From an uncultured Gammaproteobacteria bacterium (lineage in GTDB: Bacteria > Patescibacteriota > Patescibacteriia > Magasanikbacterales > UBA922), in assembly GCA_965231005.1 (NCBI GenBank), contig OZ246405.1:476223-540222 (forward strand): a DNA stretch of 64,000 bases, given 5' to 3'. Made by a program: the position numbers and the translations under genes. Below, piece by piece: positions 30,122 through 38,247 of this stretch (position 1 is its first letter; every line of letters begins with the position of its first letter). The notes beneath the pieces were generated by a model. It was not told the DNA's origin. It made no database searches and worked only from the letters and a program-made list of their open reading frames with translations.

Positions 30122-30991
30122 ATGCCTGTCAAAAAAACATCAAAAAAAGCAAAACGCACTTTTACAAAAAAAACAGTTCCACAAGATTCTGCACCTCACT
30201 GTGCAATGTGCGAGTCAGTAAATCCAATGCATCATGTTGGTGAGCATGCAAGAAGAATTTTTCTAACATTATTTGGAATTTTATTGGTATATATTATTGT
30301 ATGGATGGCAAGTTTGATTCGAAATAATTTACAAGAATTTAATTACATTGGACAGGCAGGAAGAATGGAAAGAACAATAACTGTTTCTGCATCAGACAAA
30401 GTGACAATTGCACCAGATACAGCAGTTACAACTATTGGCATGAACACAAATGCAAGCACTGTTGCAGCGGCACAGGCAAAAAATTCTGCTGTGATGAATA
30501 CATTGATTACAAAATTAAAAAGTGCTGGCGTAGATGAAGCAGACATTCAAACACAAAATTATAATATTTATCCACGATACAATTACACAGAAGAAGACGG
30601 TCGAGTGTTGAATGGATATGATGTAAATCAGCAAGTAAAAATTAAAATTAGAGATTTAGACAAAGCAAATAGTATTTTGGCACTTGCTGGAGAAGTGGGC
30701 GCAAATACTGTAAGTGGTCTTCAGTTCATTGTTGATGATCCTGATATATATAAGATGCAGGCACGAGAAAAAGCACTCTTAAAAGCAAGAATTAAGGCAT
30801 TGCGTTTGGCAGATTCCCTTGGCGTAGACATTGTTGGCATTGTGTCATACAATGAATTTGGCGCTGGAAATGACAGTGCATTGCCATACAAAGCATACGC
30901 AGAAGTTGGATTTGGTGGGGCAGCTCCTCAAATTGAATCAGGAAGTTCAGAAATTGAAATGAACGTAAATGTAACATACGAAATTAGATAA
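30122..30991 (+). CDS. SIMPL/DUF541 (YggE/BP26-like) membrane-anchored protein
   Basis: The segment RTITVSASDKVTIAPDTAVTTIG...DIQTQNYNIYPRYNY...GANTVSGLQFIVDDP aligns with the YggE family along its length. N-terminal TM anchor. Confidence 0.75.
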   Translation: MPVKKTSKKAKRTFTKKTVPQDSAPHCAMCESVNPMHHVGEHARRIFLTLFGILLVYIIVWMASLIRNNLQEFNYIGQAGRMERTITVSASDKVTIAPDTAVTTIGMNTNASTVAAAQAKNSAVMNTLITKLKSAGVDEADIQTQNYNIYPRYNYTEEDGRVLNGYDVNQQVKIKIRDLDKANSILALAGEVGANTVSGLQFIVDDPDIYKMQAREKALLKARIKALRLADSLGVDIVGIVSYNEFGAGNDSALPYKAYAEVGFGGAAPQIESGSSEIEMNVNVTYEIR

Positions 30992-31020
30992 TTTTTATAT
31001 ACGTTCCGATGTAAACTCTT

Positions 31021-32277
31021 ATGAAAAAAACCGCGATTAAACACATAACAGCAAGAGAAATCATTGATTCTCGCGGAAATCCAACCGTCGAAGCAACTGT
31101 TGTCCTCGCAGATGGATCAACTGGAGTTGCAAAAGTTCCAAGTGGTGCTTCAACAGGAATTCATGAAGCGCTTGAGCTGCGGGATGGATCTCAAAAACGG
31201 TATGGAGGGAAAGGAGTGCTTAAAGCAGTAAAACGTGTTAATACGCTTATTGCAAAAGCATTAAAAGGAAAAGATGCAACTAAGCAACGCATGGTTGACC
31301 AAATCATGCTTGATTTGGATGGAACAGAAAATAAAAAGAAGTTGGGTGCAAATGCCATTCTTTCTGTGTCACTGGCAACAGCGCGTGCAGCCGCAGTATC
31401 GACAAAAAAACCATTGTACAAATATTTGCGTACAACATTTCGATTGAAAGAAAAAGGATGGCGCATGCCAATTGCAACTATGAATGTGTTAAATGGTGGT
31501 CGTCATGCAGACAATGGATTATCAATTCAAGAATTTATGATTGTCCCAATGCACAGACGTTTTTCAGAACGTGTGCGCATGGGATCACAAATCTTTCATT
31601 CACTCAAACATATTTTGCACAAGAAACGATTAAACGCTGGTGTTGGAGATGAAGGTGGCTTTGCTCCTGAACTCGCAAATAATGAACAGGCACTAAAATT
31701 GCTTATGCAAGCAATAAAATTATCAGGGTTTGTACCTGGGAAACATGTATTTCTTGCTATGGACATGGCTGCGTCTGAATTTTTTAGAAAAGGAAAATAT
31801 TATTTGAACAATCCAAGTCAACCGTCTTCAGCAAATAAACTCATGCGTGTTGTAGAATCTTGGGTGAAAAAATATCCATTCATTTCAATTGAAGATCCAC
31901 TTGCAGAAGATGATTGGGAAAACTGGGCATTGTTTACAAAAAAGTTTGGGAAAAAAATAGCGGTTGTAGGAGATGATTTATTTGTAACAAATGTCGAGCG
32001 AGTTCAAAAAGGTATTGATGAAAAAGTTGGGAATGCGGTTCTTATTAAGCTGAATCAAATTGGTACTTTGTCAGAAACAATTGATGCAATTTATCTTGCA
32101 AAGAAACATAAATATAAAACATCTATCTCTCATCGGTCAGGAGAAACATCAGATACATTTATTGCAGACTTAGCAGTAGCAGTAAATTCAGAATTTATAA
32201 AAACAGGATCCATGTCTCGGTCCGAGCGGGTTGAAAAGTATAATCGCTTGATGCAGATTGAGAACGAAGTTTTGTAA
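31021..32277 (+). CDS. eno: Enolase
   Basis: REIIDSRGNPTVE N-terminus and the SHRSGETED catalytic motif. Confidence 0.95.
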   Translation: MKKTAIKHITAREIIDSRGNPTVEATVVLADGSTGVAKVPSGASTGIHEALELRDGSQKRYGGKGVLKAVKRVNTLIAKALKGKDATKQRMVDQIMLDLDGTENKKKLGANAILSVSLATARAAAVSTKKPLYKYLRTTFRLKEKGWRMPIATMNVLNGGRHADNGLSIQEFMIVPMHRRFSERVRMGSQIFHSLKHILHKKRLNAGVGDEGGFAPELANNEQALKLLMQAIKLSGFVPGKHVFLAMDMAASEFFRKGKYYLNNPSQPSSANKLMRVVESWVKKYPFISIEDPLAEDDWENWALFTKKFGKKIAVVGDDLFVTNVERVQKGIDEKVGNAVLIKLNQIGTLSETIDAIYLAKKHKYKTSISHRSGETSDTFIADLAVAVNSEFIKTGSMSRSERVEKYNRLMQIENEVL

Positions 32278-32344
32278 ATAACAAGGAACAAAGAACAAAA
32301 AACAAGGCATCAGAAAGTCTTGTTTTTTTATTCCAAAAATCAAA

Positions 32345-32480
32345 CCAGAAATCAGGGACTAAGGTCTAATCTAGGAACTGCTAAATAGAACACAGATTTC
32401 CAGGATTTATACAGATTGACACAGATCAGATCTGTGAAAATCCTGGTCAATCATGGTAATCTGTGTCCTATCTAATCTTT
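32345..32480. repeat. Imperfect-palindrome intergenic repeat, copy A (family shared with 37290 and 49993)
   Basis: Arms aatagaacacagatt...ccaggattt and aaatcctgg...aatctgtgtcctatctaat. About 70% similar to the reverse complement of copy C. Confidence 0.5.
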
Positions 32481-32561
32481 CTTAAAAAAATAGTTAGATC
32501 TCTAATTCTTATTTTTTACAATATTGATTTGAATCTCTACATGCCGTATACTAATGATGCT

Positions 32562-34124
32562 ATGAATCAAGAAAAAGACAAAAAAGCACCAGGAGTCCTT
32601 ATGATTTTGGATGGTTTTGGCCTTGCAAATCCAAAAGAAAAAGGCAATGCCATTACACCAAAAACAGCTCCACATATTTTTCAGCTCATGAATGAGTATC
32701 CTCATTCAAAACTTAAAGCACATGGAAAAGCAGTTGGATTATTCCCAAACCAGTCTGGAAATTCTGAAGCTGGTCATTTTAATATTGGTGCAGGAAGAGT
32801 AGTAAAGCAGGATTTACTTATGATAAGTGAAGCCATCAAAGATGGAACATTTTATAAGAACACAGCATTTCAACAAGCACTTGAGCACACCAAAAAATAT
32901 AAGAGTGCTGTACATGTTATGGGATTACTTACTGATGGACAAAGTGCTCATACTCATCCAGATCATCTGTATGCTATGCTCGAATATTTGCGTAGAAAAA
33001 AAGTAAAACAAGTGTATATTCATTTGTTTACAGACGGTCGTGACTCTTCACCACATAGTGCACTTACGTTTTTGAATGATTTGCGCATGTACATGAAGAA
33101 TGGAGAGAAGATTGCTAGTGTCATGGGGCGTTTTTATGCAATGGACAGAGATAAACAATGGGAACGAACTGAAAAAGCCTACAATACACTTGTGCTTGGA
33201 AAAGGAGAAAAAGCAGCAAGTGCTGAAGAGGCTATGACACAGGCATACAATCGTGATGAAACAGATGAATACGTAAGTCCAACAATTATTACTGACAAGA
33301 AAAAGCCAGTTGGTCTTATACAAGAAAACGATACTATTTTCTTTTTTAATGCACGCAGTGATAGGGCAAGACAACTTACAAAAGCATTTGTACAAAAAGA
33401 TTTTCTTGCAAAAAATACGGGTGCGTTTAAGAGAAAAAAATTTCCTAAAAATATTTGTTTTGTTGCCATGACAGATTTTGGTCCAGATCTTGATTCTATT
33501 TTTACAGCATTTCCAAGTCCAGATATTCATAACTCACTTGCAAAAGCAGTTGGGGAGTCTCGAAAACAGTTGTATATTTCAGAAACAGAAAAGTACGCTC
33601 ATATGACATTCTTTTTGAACGGGGGTTTTCCAGAACCAATCAATGGTGAAAAAAGAGAACTTGTTCAGTCAACAGGACATCATAGTTACAAAGATTACCC
33701 ACAAATGTCTTGTAAAAAAATTGCAAACATAATTATTAAATATATAAAAAATGAGGCGTACGATTTCATTGTAGTTAATTTTCCAAATGCAGATATGGTT
33801 GGTCATACCGGTGACTTTAAAGCAACAAAAAAAGCAGTAAAGATTATGGATAAACAGGTTCAAAGGATTGTTTCCGAAGTTCAGAAAAAAAACGGTTTTG
33901 TACTAATAACAGGGGACCATGGCAATGCAGAACAAATGCTCAATACAAAAACAGGTGAAGTCATGACAGAACATACGACAAATCCAGTTCCGTGCATTAT
34001 TGTTTCAGAAGATCTTAAAAAAGTGAAATTACGCTCAGGAAAACTTGCAGACGTCGCACCGACATTGCTCAAAATTATGGGTCTTAAAAAACCGAGCGAT
34101 ATGACTGGACGAGCACTCTACTAG
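32562..34124 (+). CDS. gpmI: 2,3-bisphosphoglycerate-independent phosphoglycerate mutase (iPGM), copy 1
   Basis: ILDGFG, GNSEAGHFNIGAGR and DGRD motifs. The start is ambiguous, with in-frame ATGs at 32463, 32541 and 32562. Confidence 0.85.
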   Translation: MNQEKDKKAPGVLMILDGFGLANPKEKGNAITPKTAPHIFQLMNEYPHSKLKAHGKAVGLFPNQSGNSEAGHFNIGAGRVVKQDLLMISEAIKDGTFYKNTAFQQALEHTKKYKSAVHVMGLLTDGQSAHTHPDHLYAMLEYLRRKKVKQVYIHLFTDGRDSSPHSALTFLNDLRMYMKNGEKIASVMGRFYAMDRDKQWERTEKAYNTLVLGKGEKAASAEEAMTQAYNRDETDEYVSPTIITDKKKPVGLIQENDTIFFFNARSDRARQLTKAFVQKDFLAKNTGAFKRKKFPKNICFVAMTDFGPDLDSIFTAFPSPDIHNSLAKAVGESRKQLYISETEKYAHMTFFLNGGFPEPINGEKRELVQSTGHHSYKDYPQMSCKKIANIIIKYIKNEAYDFIVVNFPNADMVGHTGDFKATKKAVKIMDKQVQRIVSEVQKKNGFVLITGDHGNAEQMLNTKTGEVMTEHTTNPVPCIIVSEDLKKVKLRSGKLADVAPTLLKIMGLKKPSDMTGRALY

Positions 34125-34255
34125 TATGATATTATGTGGTTCTAGGGAGCTATCTGTTTGGCATAAACTAGTGTGATTTTAGGTGATTTTGGAAATAAAG
34201 AAATAGCGAAATTAAGAAATAAGGGGAAAAATTTTTTAGTAATTATAAGGGGGGT

Positions 34256-34630
34256 ATGAGTAATTATTTGAGGTTAGAAGATTTAGAAGTATATCGTATT
34301 TCACTTGAGTACGGTAAACTCGGGTGGAATATTTATTCTGGATTTAATTGGAGGATCCAGAAGGTTATGGGAGACCAAATGATCAGAAGTGTTGATTCAG
34401 TTGCAGCGAATATAGCTGAGGGATATGGAAGGTTTCATTATTTAGACAAAAATAAGTTTTACTACAACGCACGAGGGTCTCTACTAGAATCTTCTCATTG
34501 GTTTACTGTGATGGAGCAGAGAGAGTTGATAGATAAGCAAGTATTTGATAAATCGAAAGATTTTTTTTCCGCAATATTGGTCATGCTTAACAAATTGATC
34601 AATTCACAGTTGAAAAGGAAAAACAAGTAA
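34256..34630 (+). CDS. Four-helix-bundle protein (23S rRNA intervening-sequence protein family)
   Basis: AANIAEGYGR motif. 124-aa helical product. Confidence 0.6.
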   Translation: MSNYLRLEDLEVYRISLEYGKLGWNIYSGFNWRIQKVMGDQMIRSVDSVAANIAEGYGRFHYLDKNKFYYNARGSLLESSHWFTVMEQRELIDKQVFDKSKDFFSAILVMLNKLINSQLKRKNK

Positions 34631-34668
34631 CCCTTAATTTCTCAATTTCATTATTTCTTTAAGATTTT

Positions 34669-36249
34669 ATGGAAAAACGTCCTAAACCACTTGTATTGGC
34701 AGTCCTAGACGGTTTTGGTGTTGCCCCAGACAATGAAGGAAATGCAATCACCAAGGCAAAGACGCCAAGTATAGATAAATTCATAGCAGAATTTCCTGTT
34801 ATGACTGTTCATGCATCTGGAACAGAAGTTGGTTTATCATACGGAGAAATGGGGAATTCAGAAGTGGGGCATCTTAATATTGGAGCTGGACGAATCTACT
34901 ATCAAACATTGCCTCGTATCAATAAGGCAATTCAAGGAGGAGATTTTTTTGAAAATAAAGCACTCCTCAGTGCGATTGAACAAGCAAAAAAGAACAAATC
35001 TGCACTTCATCTTATTGGCCTGGTTAGTCCAGGAAATATTCATGCTGCACAAGATCATTTATTTGCATTGCTTGAATTGTGTAAAAAAGAAAAAATAAAA
35101 AAGGTATTTATTCATGCCTGTCTAGATGGTCGTGATACTGGAGCGCAAACTGCAAAAGATTTTATTGGTTTGTTGCAAGAAAAAATGAAAAAACTTAAAA
35201 TTGGAAAGATTGCAACACTCTCCGGAAGGTACTATGCCATGGATAGAGATAATCGTTGGGACAGAATTGAAAAGGCATACAACGCAATGGCTCTAGGGGT
35301 GTCAGATGAATATGCAAGTGATCCTATCAAAGCAATTGATGAATCATATAAGAAAAAAGTTTTTGATGAAGAATTTGTTCCTACTGTTATTGGAAAAGAA
35401 GGAAGTCCAACAACAACGATTCAACCAAAAGATGCTTGTATTTTTTTCAATTTCCGACCAGATAGAGCCCGTGAACTTACAAAAGCATTTGTCCTTCCTG
35501 CATTTGAAAAGTTTAAACGAACATATTTGAAAGGACTCCATTTTGTCACCATGACAGAGTATGAAAAAGATCTCCCTGTAACCGTTGCATTTCCTCCAGT
35601 AGTTATTACAAACTGTCTTGCAGAGGTCATTAGTAATCAAGGATTAAAACAGTTTCATATTGCTGAGACAGAAAAATACGCACACATTACCTTTTTCCTA
35701 AATGGGACAATTGAAGAACCATTTAAAGGTGAAGAAAGAAAAATTGTTCCTTCGCCAAAGGTTGCTTCCTATGACAAGGCGCCTGAAATGTCTGCACCAC
35801 AAATTACAAAGGAAGTTGTGAAAGCAATTGAATCAGATACCTATGACGTTATTATGCTAAATTATGCAAATGCAGACATGGTAAGTCATACTGGAAATTT
35901 TGCTGCAGCAAAAAAGGGGATAGAAGCAGTAGATAAAGGCCTTGGCGAAATTGCTGACCATGTGCTTGCAAAGGGCGGCGTTATGGTGATTACAGCAGAT
36001 CATGGAAATGGAGAAGAAATGGTCAATTTACAAACAGGAGACAAGGTAAAAGAGCATAGCACAAATATTGTCCCGCTCTTCATCATTAGTAGTGAGTTGA
36101 AAGGACATGCTGGTCCGTCTGGTGATCCACCAAATGGTGATTTGAGTTTATTGAATCCAGTTGGTATGCTTGCAGATGTTGCGCCAACCATATTAAAATT
36201 TTTGAATATTCCAAAACCAGACGAAATGACCGGTCGGGCACTCATGTAA
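34669..36249 (+). CDS. gpmI: iPGM, divergent paralog (copy 2)
   Basis: VLDGFG, GNSEVGHLNIGAGR and LDGRDT motifs. Roughly 40% identical to copy 1. Confidence 0.85.
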   Translation: MEKRPKPLVLAVLDGFGVAPDNEGNAITKAKTPSIDKFIAEFPVMTVHASGTEVGLSYGEMGNSEVGHLNIGAGRIYYQTLPRINKAIQGGDFFENKALLSAIEQAKKNKSALHLIGLVSPGNIHAAQDHLFALLELCKKEKIKKVFIHACLDGRDTGAQTAKDFIGLLQEKMKKLKIGKIATLSGRYYAMDRDNRWDRIEKAYNAMALGVSDEYASDPIKAIDESYKKKVFDEEFVPTVIGKEGSPTTTIQPKDACIFFNFRPDRARELTKAFVLPAFEKFKRTYLKGLHFVTMTEYEKDLPVTVAFPPVVITNCLAEVISNQGLKQFHIAETEKYAHITFFLNGTIEEPFKGEERKIVPSPKVASYDKAPEMSAPQITKEVVKAIESDTYDVIMLNYANADMVSHTGNFAAAKKGIEAVDKGLGEIADHVLAKGGVMVITADHGNGEEMVNLQTGDKVKEHSTNIVPLFIISSELKGHAGPSGDPPNGDLSLLNPVGMLADVAPTILKFLNIPKPDEMTGRALM

Positions 36250-36367
36250 TTTGCAATAGTAATTTTAATTCTTAATTACAAAATCTTATGGAGGGGAAAA
36301 TGTAGCAACTTGAGTACTTTGAGTTGTTTTTTTGTTCTTTTAAATTAATTAATGTACTATATGTGAT

Positions 36368-37234
36368 ATGGATATAGATTTATTTAAACCAACAATTATT
36401 AAGCATTTGTGTGCAGAGTCTCGTATTCGACCAAGTAAGAAATACGGGCAAAATTATCTTACATCAAAGCATGTTGTAGAAAAAATGCTTAATGGAGCCG
36501 AACTTCAGTCATCAGATACTATTCTTGAAATTGGGCCTGGATTTGGTTGTCTCACGTTTGCACTTGCTCCAAAAGTCAAAAAAGTGATTGCTTTTGAAAT
36601 TGAAAAAAAATTGCAAAAATTTTGGCAAGGGCAAGTCTCAGATACAGAAGGAAATCGGCTTGTCATACCTAAAAATGTAGATATTGTTTGGGGAAATGCA
36701 CTTGCATCATTTTTAGACATCCAGTCATCATTACCAAAAGGATACAAAGTGGTTGCAAATTTACCATATCAAATTTCCTCACACGTATTGCGCTTGTTTC
36801 TCGATGCAAAGAAAAAACCAGAACGTATGGTGGTTATGCTCCAAAAAGAAGTTGTTGATCGCATTCGTGCCAAACCAGGGGATATGAGTTTGCTTTCAGT
36901 TGCAGTTCAATATTATGGAGATGTTCGTGTGGTGACAAAAGTATCCAGTGGAAGTTTTTGGCCTCAGCCAAAAGTACATTCAGCTGTCATTTCTATTTCA
37001 GATATCAAAGAAAGGCCAAATGCAGCAATATTTTTTAAGGTCGTGCGTGCAGGTTTTACAAACAAGCGAAAGCAGTTGTGGAGGAATCTTCAGCAAGAAT
37101 TAGGGCTTGAAAGAGATGTTATTCAGGATATTCTTAAGACATTATTAGGTAATGAAAAGGTTCGAGCTCAAGAATTATCTATAACACAATGGGAAGATCT
37201 TGTAGAGATTCTGAAAAGTAAAAAGATGGTCTAA
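36368..37234 (+). CDS. rsmA: 16S rRNA (adenine1518/1519-N6)-dimethyltransferase
   Basis: YGQNYL and ILEIGPGFGCLT SAM-binding motifs. 288 aa. Confidence 0.9.
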   Translation: MDIDLFKPTIIKHLCAESRIRPSKKYGQNYLTSKHVVEKMLNGAELQSSDTILEIGPGFGCLTFALAPKVKKVIAFEIEKKLQKFWQGQVSDTEGNRLVIPKNVDIVWGNALASFLDIQSSLPKGYKVVANLPYQISSHVLRLFLDAKKKPERMVVMLQKEVVDRIRAKPGDMSLLSVAVQYYGDVRVVTKVSSGSFWPQPKVHSAVISISDIKERPNAAIFFKVVRAGFTNKRKQLWRNLQQELGLERDVIQDILKTLLGNEKVRAQELSITQWEDLVEILKSKKMV

Positions 37235-37289
37235 TTTGGAGTAAATAGTAATAAAAAGTCTCGGTTTTTTCCGGGATTTTTTGATAGAT

Positions 37290-37400
37290 ATCTGATAGAA
37301 CACGGATTTAACTGATTGAATAGATCAAAACGGATCTAATTCGTGGAAATCCGTGTTCTATCTATATAAATCCTAGTTGATTTGTAGCTGTTATGTTAAC
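37290..37400. repeat. Imperfect-palindrome intergenic repeat, copy B
   Basis: ATAGAACACGGATTT (37295-37309) and its exact reverse complement AAATCCGTGTTCTAT (37347-37361) flank a nested AGATC...GATCT hairpin. The tail ctatctatataaatcctag matches copy C. Confidence 0.55.
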
Positions 37401-37420
37401 TAATAAAACCAAGATAATTT

Positions 37421-37520
37421 GTTAATTGTTTCAGCCAAAGGCTGATCCGCCTCTGGCGGAAATTGCTGATTGTTTATTATACACATATTTATTCATTTTC
37501 TCTCTCTATTATGGTATAAT
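37421..37520 (+). promoter_or_regulatory. Conserved 56-nt upstream block (TTGTTAATTG motif plus two short hairpins) followed by extended -10 TGGTATAAT (37512-37520)
   Basis: About 89% identical to 50160-50215, which is also followed by TGGTATAAT. The TTG 'start' at 37426 lies inside this block, so I treat that N-terminal extension as non-coding. Confidence 0.5.
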
Positions 37521-37536
37521 TTACCTAACAAATCAT

Positions 37537-38229
37537 ATGCAGGATCCATCCTCAACGCACGACTTTTCGAAAGAGCAAAAGACTGGTTTTGTCTTACTGC
37601 TTATTTTTGGTGTATTAACTGTTGCTCTTGGTTTTTTACAAATTAGAAACACAATTTATAAGCCATTTATTATCAGTTCATCACAGACAGAGGACGGTTC
37701 AGATGTAACAGCACTTTTAGATGAAACAACACGGTTACAAACCATTGATACAGATCAAGATGGGCTCAATGATTATCAAGAGTTACATTTTTTTCAAACA
37801 AGTCCATATATTCCAGACACAGATTCAGATGGGTTAACTGACAAGCAAGAATTAGATGGCGGAACTGACCCACTTTGTCCACGAGGAGAGGATTGTTCAA
37901 AAAGTCAGCTTCCAACCGAGCAAGAAAAAGCACCAATTGGTATTTCTGATCTTGCAAATGTTCCAACAGCACAAGATCTTGTGAATAGTGCTGCTCCGCA
38001 GCTTCCAAATGCTCCAGCAAATACAGCAAATGCAAATTCAGAAGGTATTGCACAATTAAAAGAATTATTAAAAGATCCAGCAAAATTGCGTGCATCACTC
38101 GTACAAAGTGGTCAGGTTTCAGAAAGTGATCTTGCACAATTTGATGATGCAACACTTGTAAAAACATTTGAAGATATTCTTGCAAAACAACAGGCGGCTG
38201 TTCCAGCAGGCGCAACACCTCAACCATAA
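37537..38229 (+). CDS. Single-TM protein with thrombospondin-type-3/dockerin-like Ca-binding motifs (DTDQDGLNDYQE, DTDSDGLTDKQE)
   Basis: Start placed at ATG 37537, downstream of the extended -10. TM helix GFVLLLIFGVLTVALGFL, two D-x-D-x-D-G-x-x-D motifs and a Pro/Ala-rich tail. Confidence 0.55.
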   Translation: MQDPSSTHDFSKEQKTGFVLLLIFGVLTVALGFLQIRNTIYKPFIISSSQTEDGSDVTALLDETTRLQTIDTDQDGLNDYQELHFFQTSPYIPDTDSDGLTDKQELDGGTDPLCPRGEDCSKSQLPTEQEKAPIGISDLANVPTAQDLVNSAAPQLPNAPANTANANSEGIAQLKELLKDPAKLRASLVQSGQVSESDLAQFDDATLVKTFEDILAKQQAAVPAGATPQP

Positions 38230-38247
38230 GGCGTAGATTTCCAGATT

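Noticed and set aside
37426-37536. TTG-initiated 37-codon N-terminal extension of the 37537 gene
   Set aside because: The same nucleotide block is conserved at 50160-50215, where it is not in any ORF (an in-frame stop follows). It therefore behaves as non-coding regulatory DNA.
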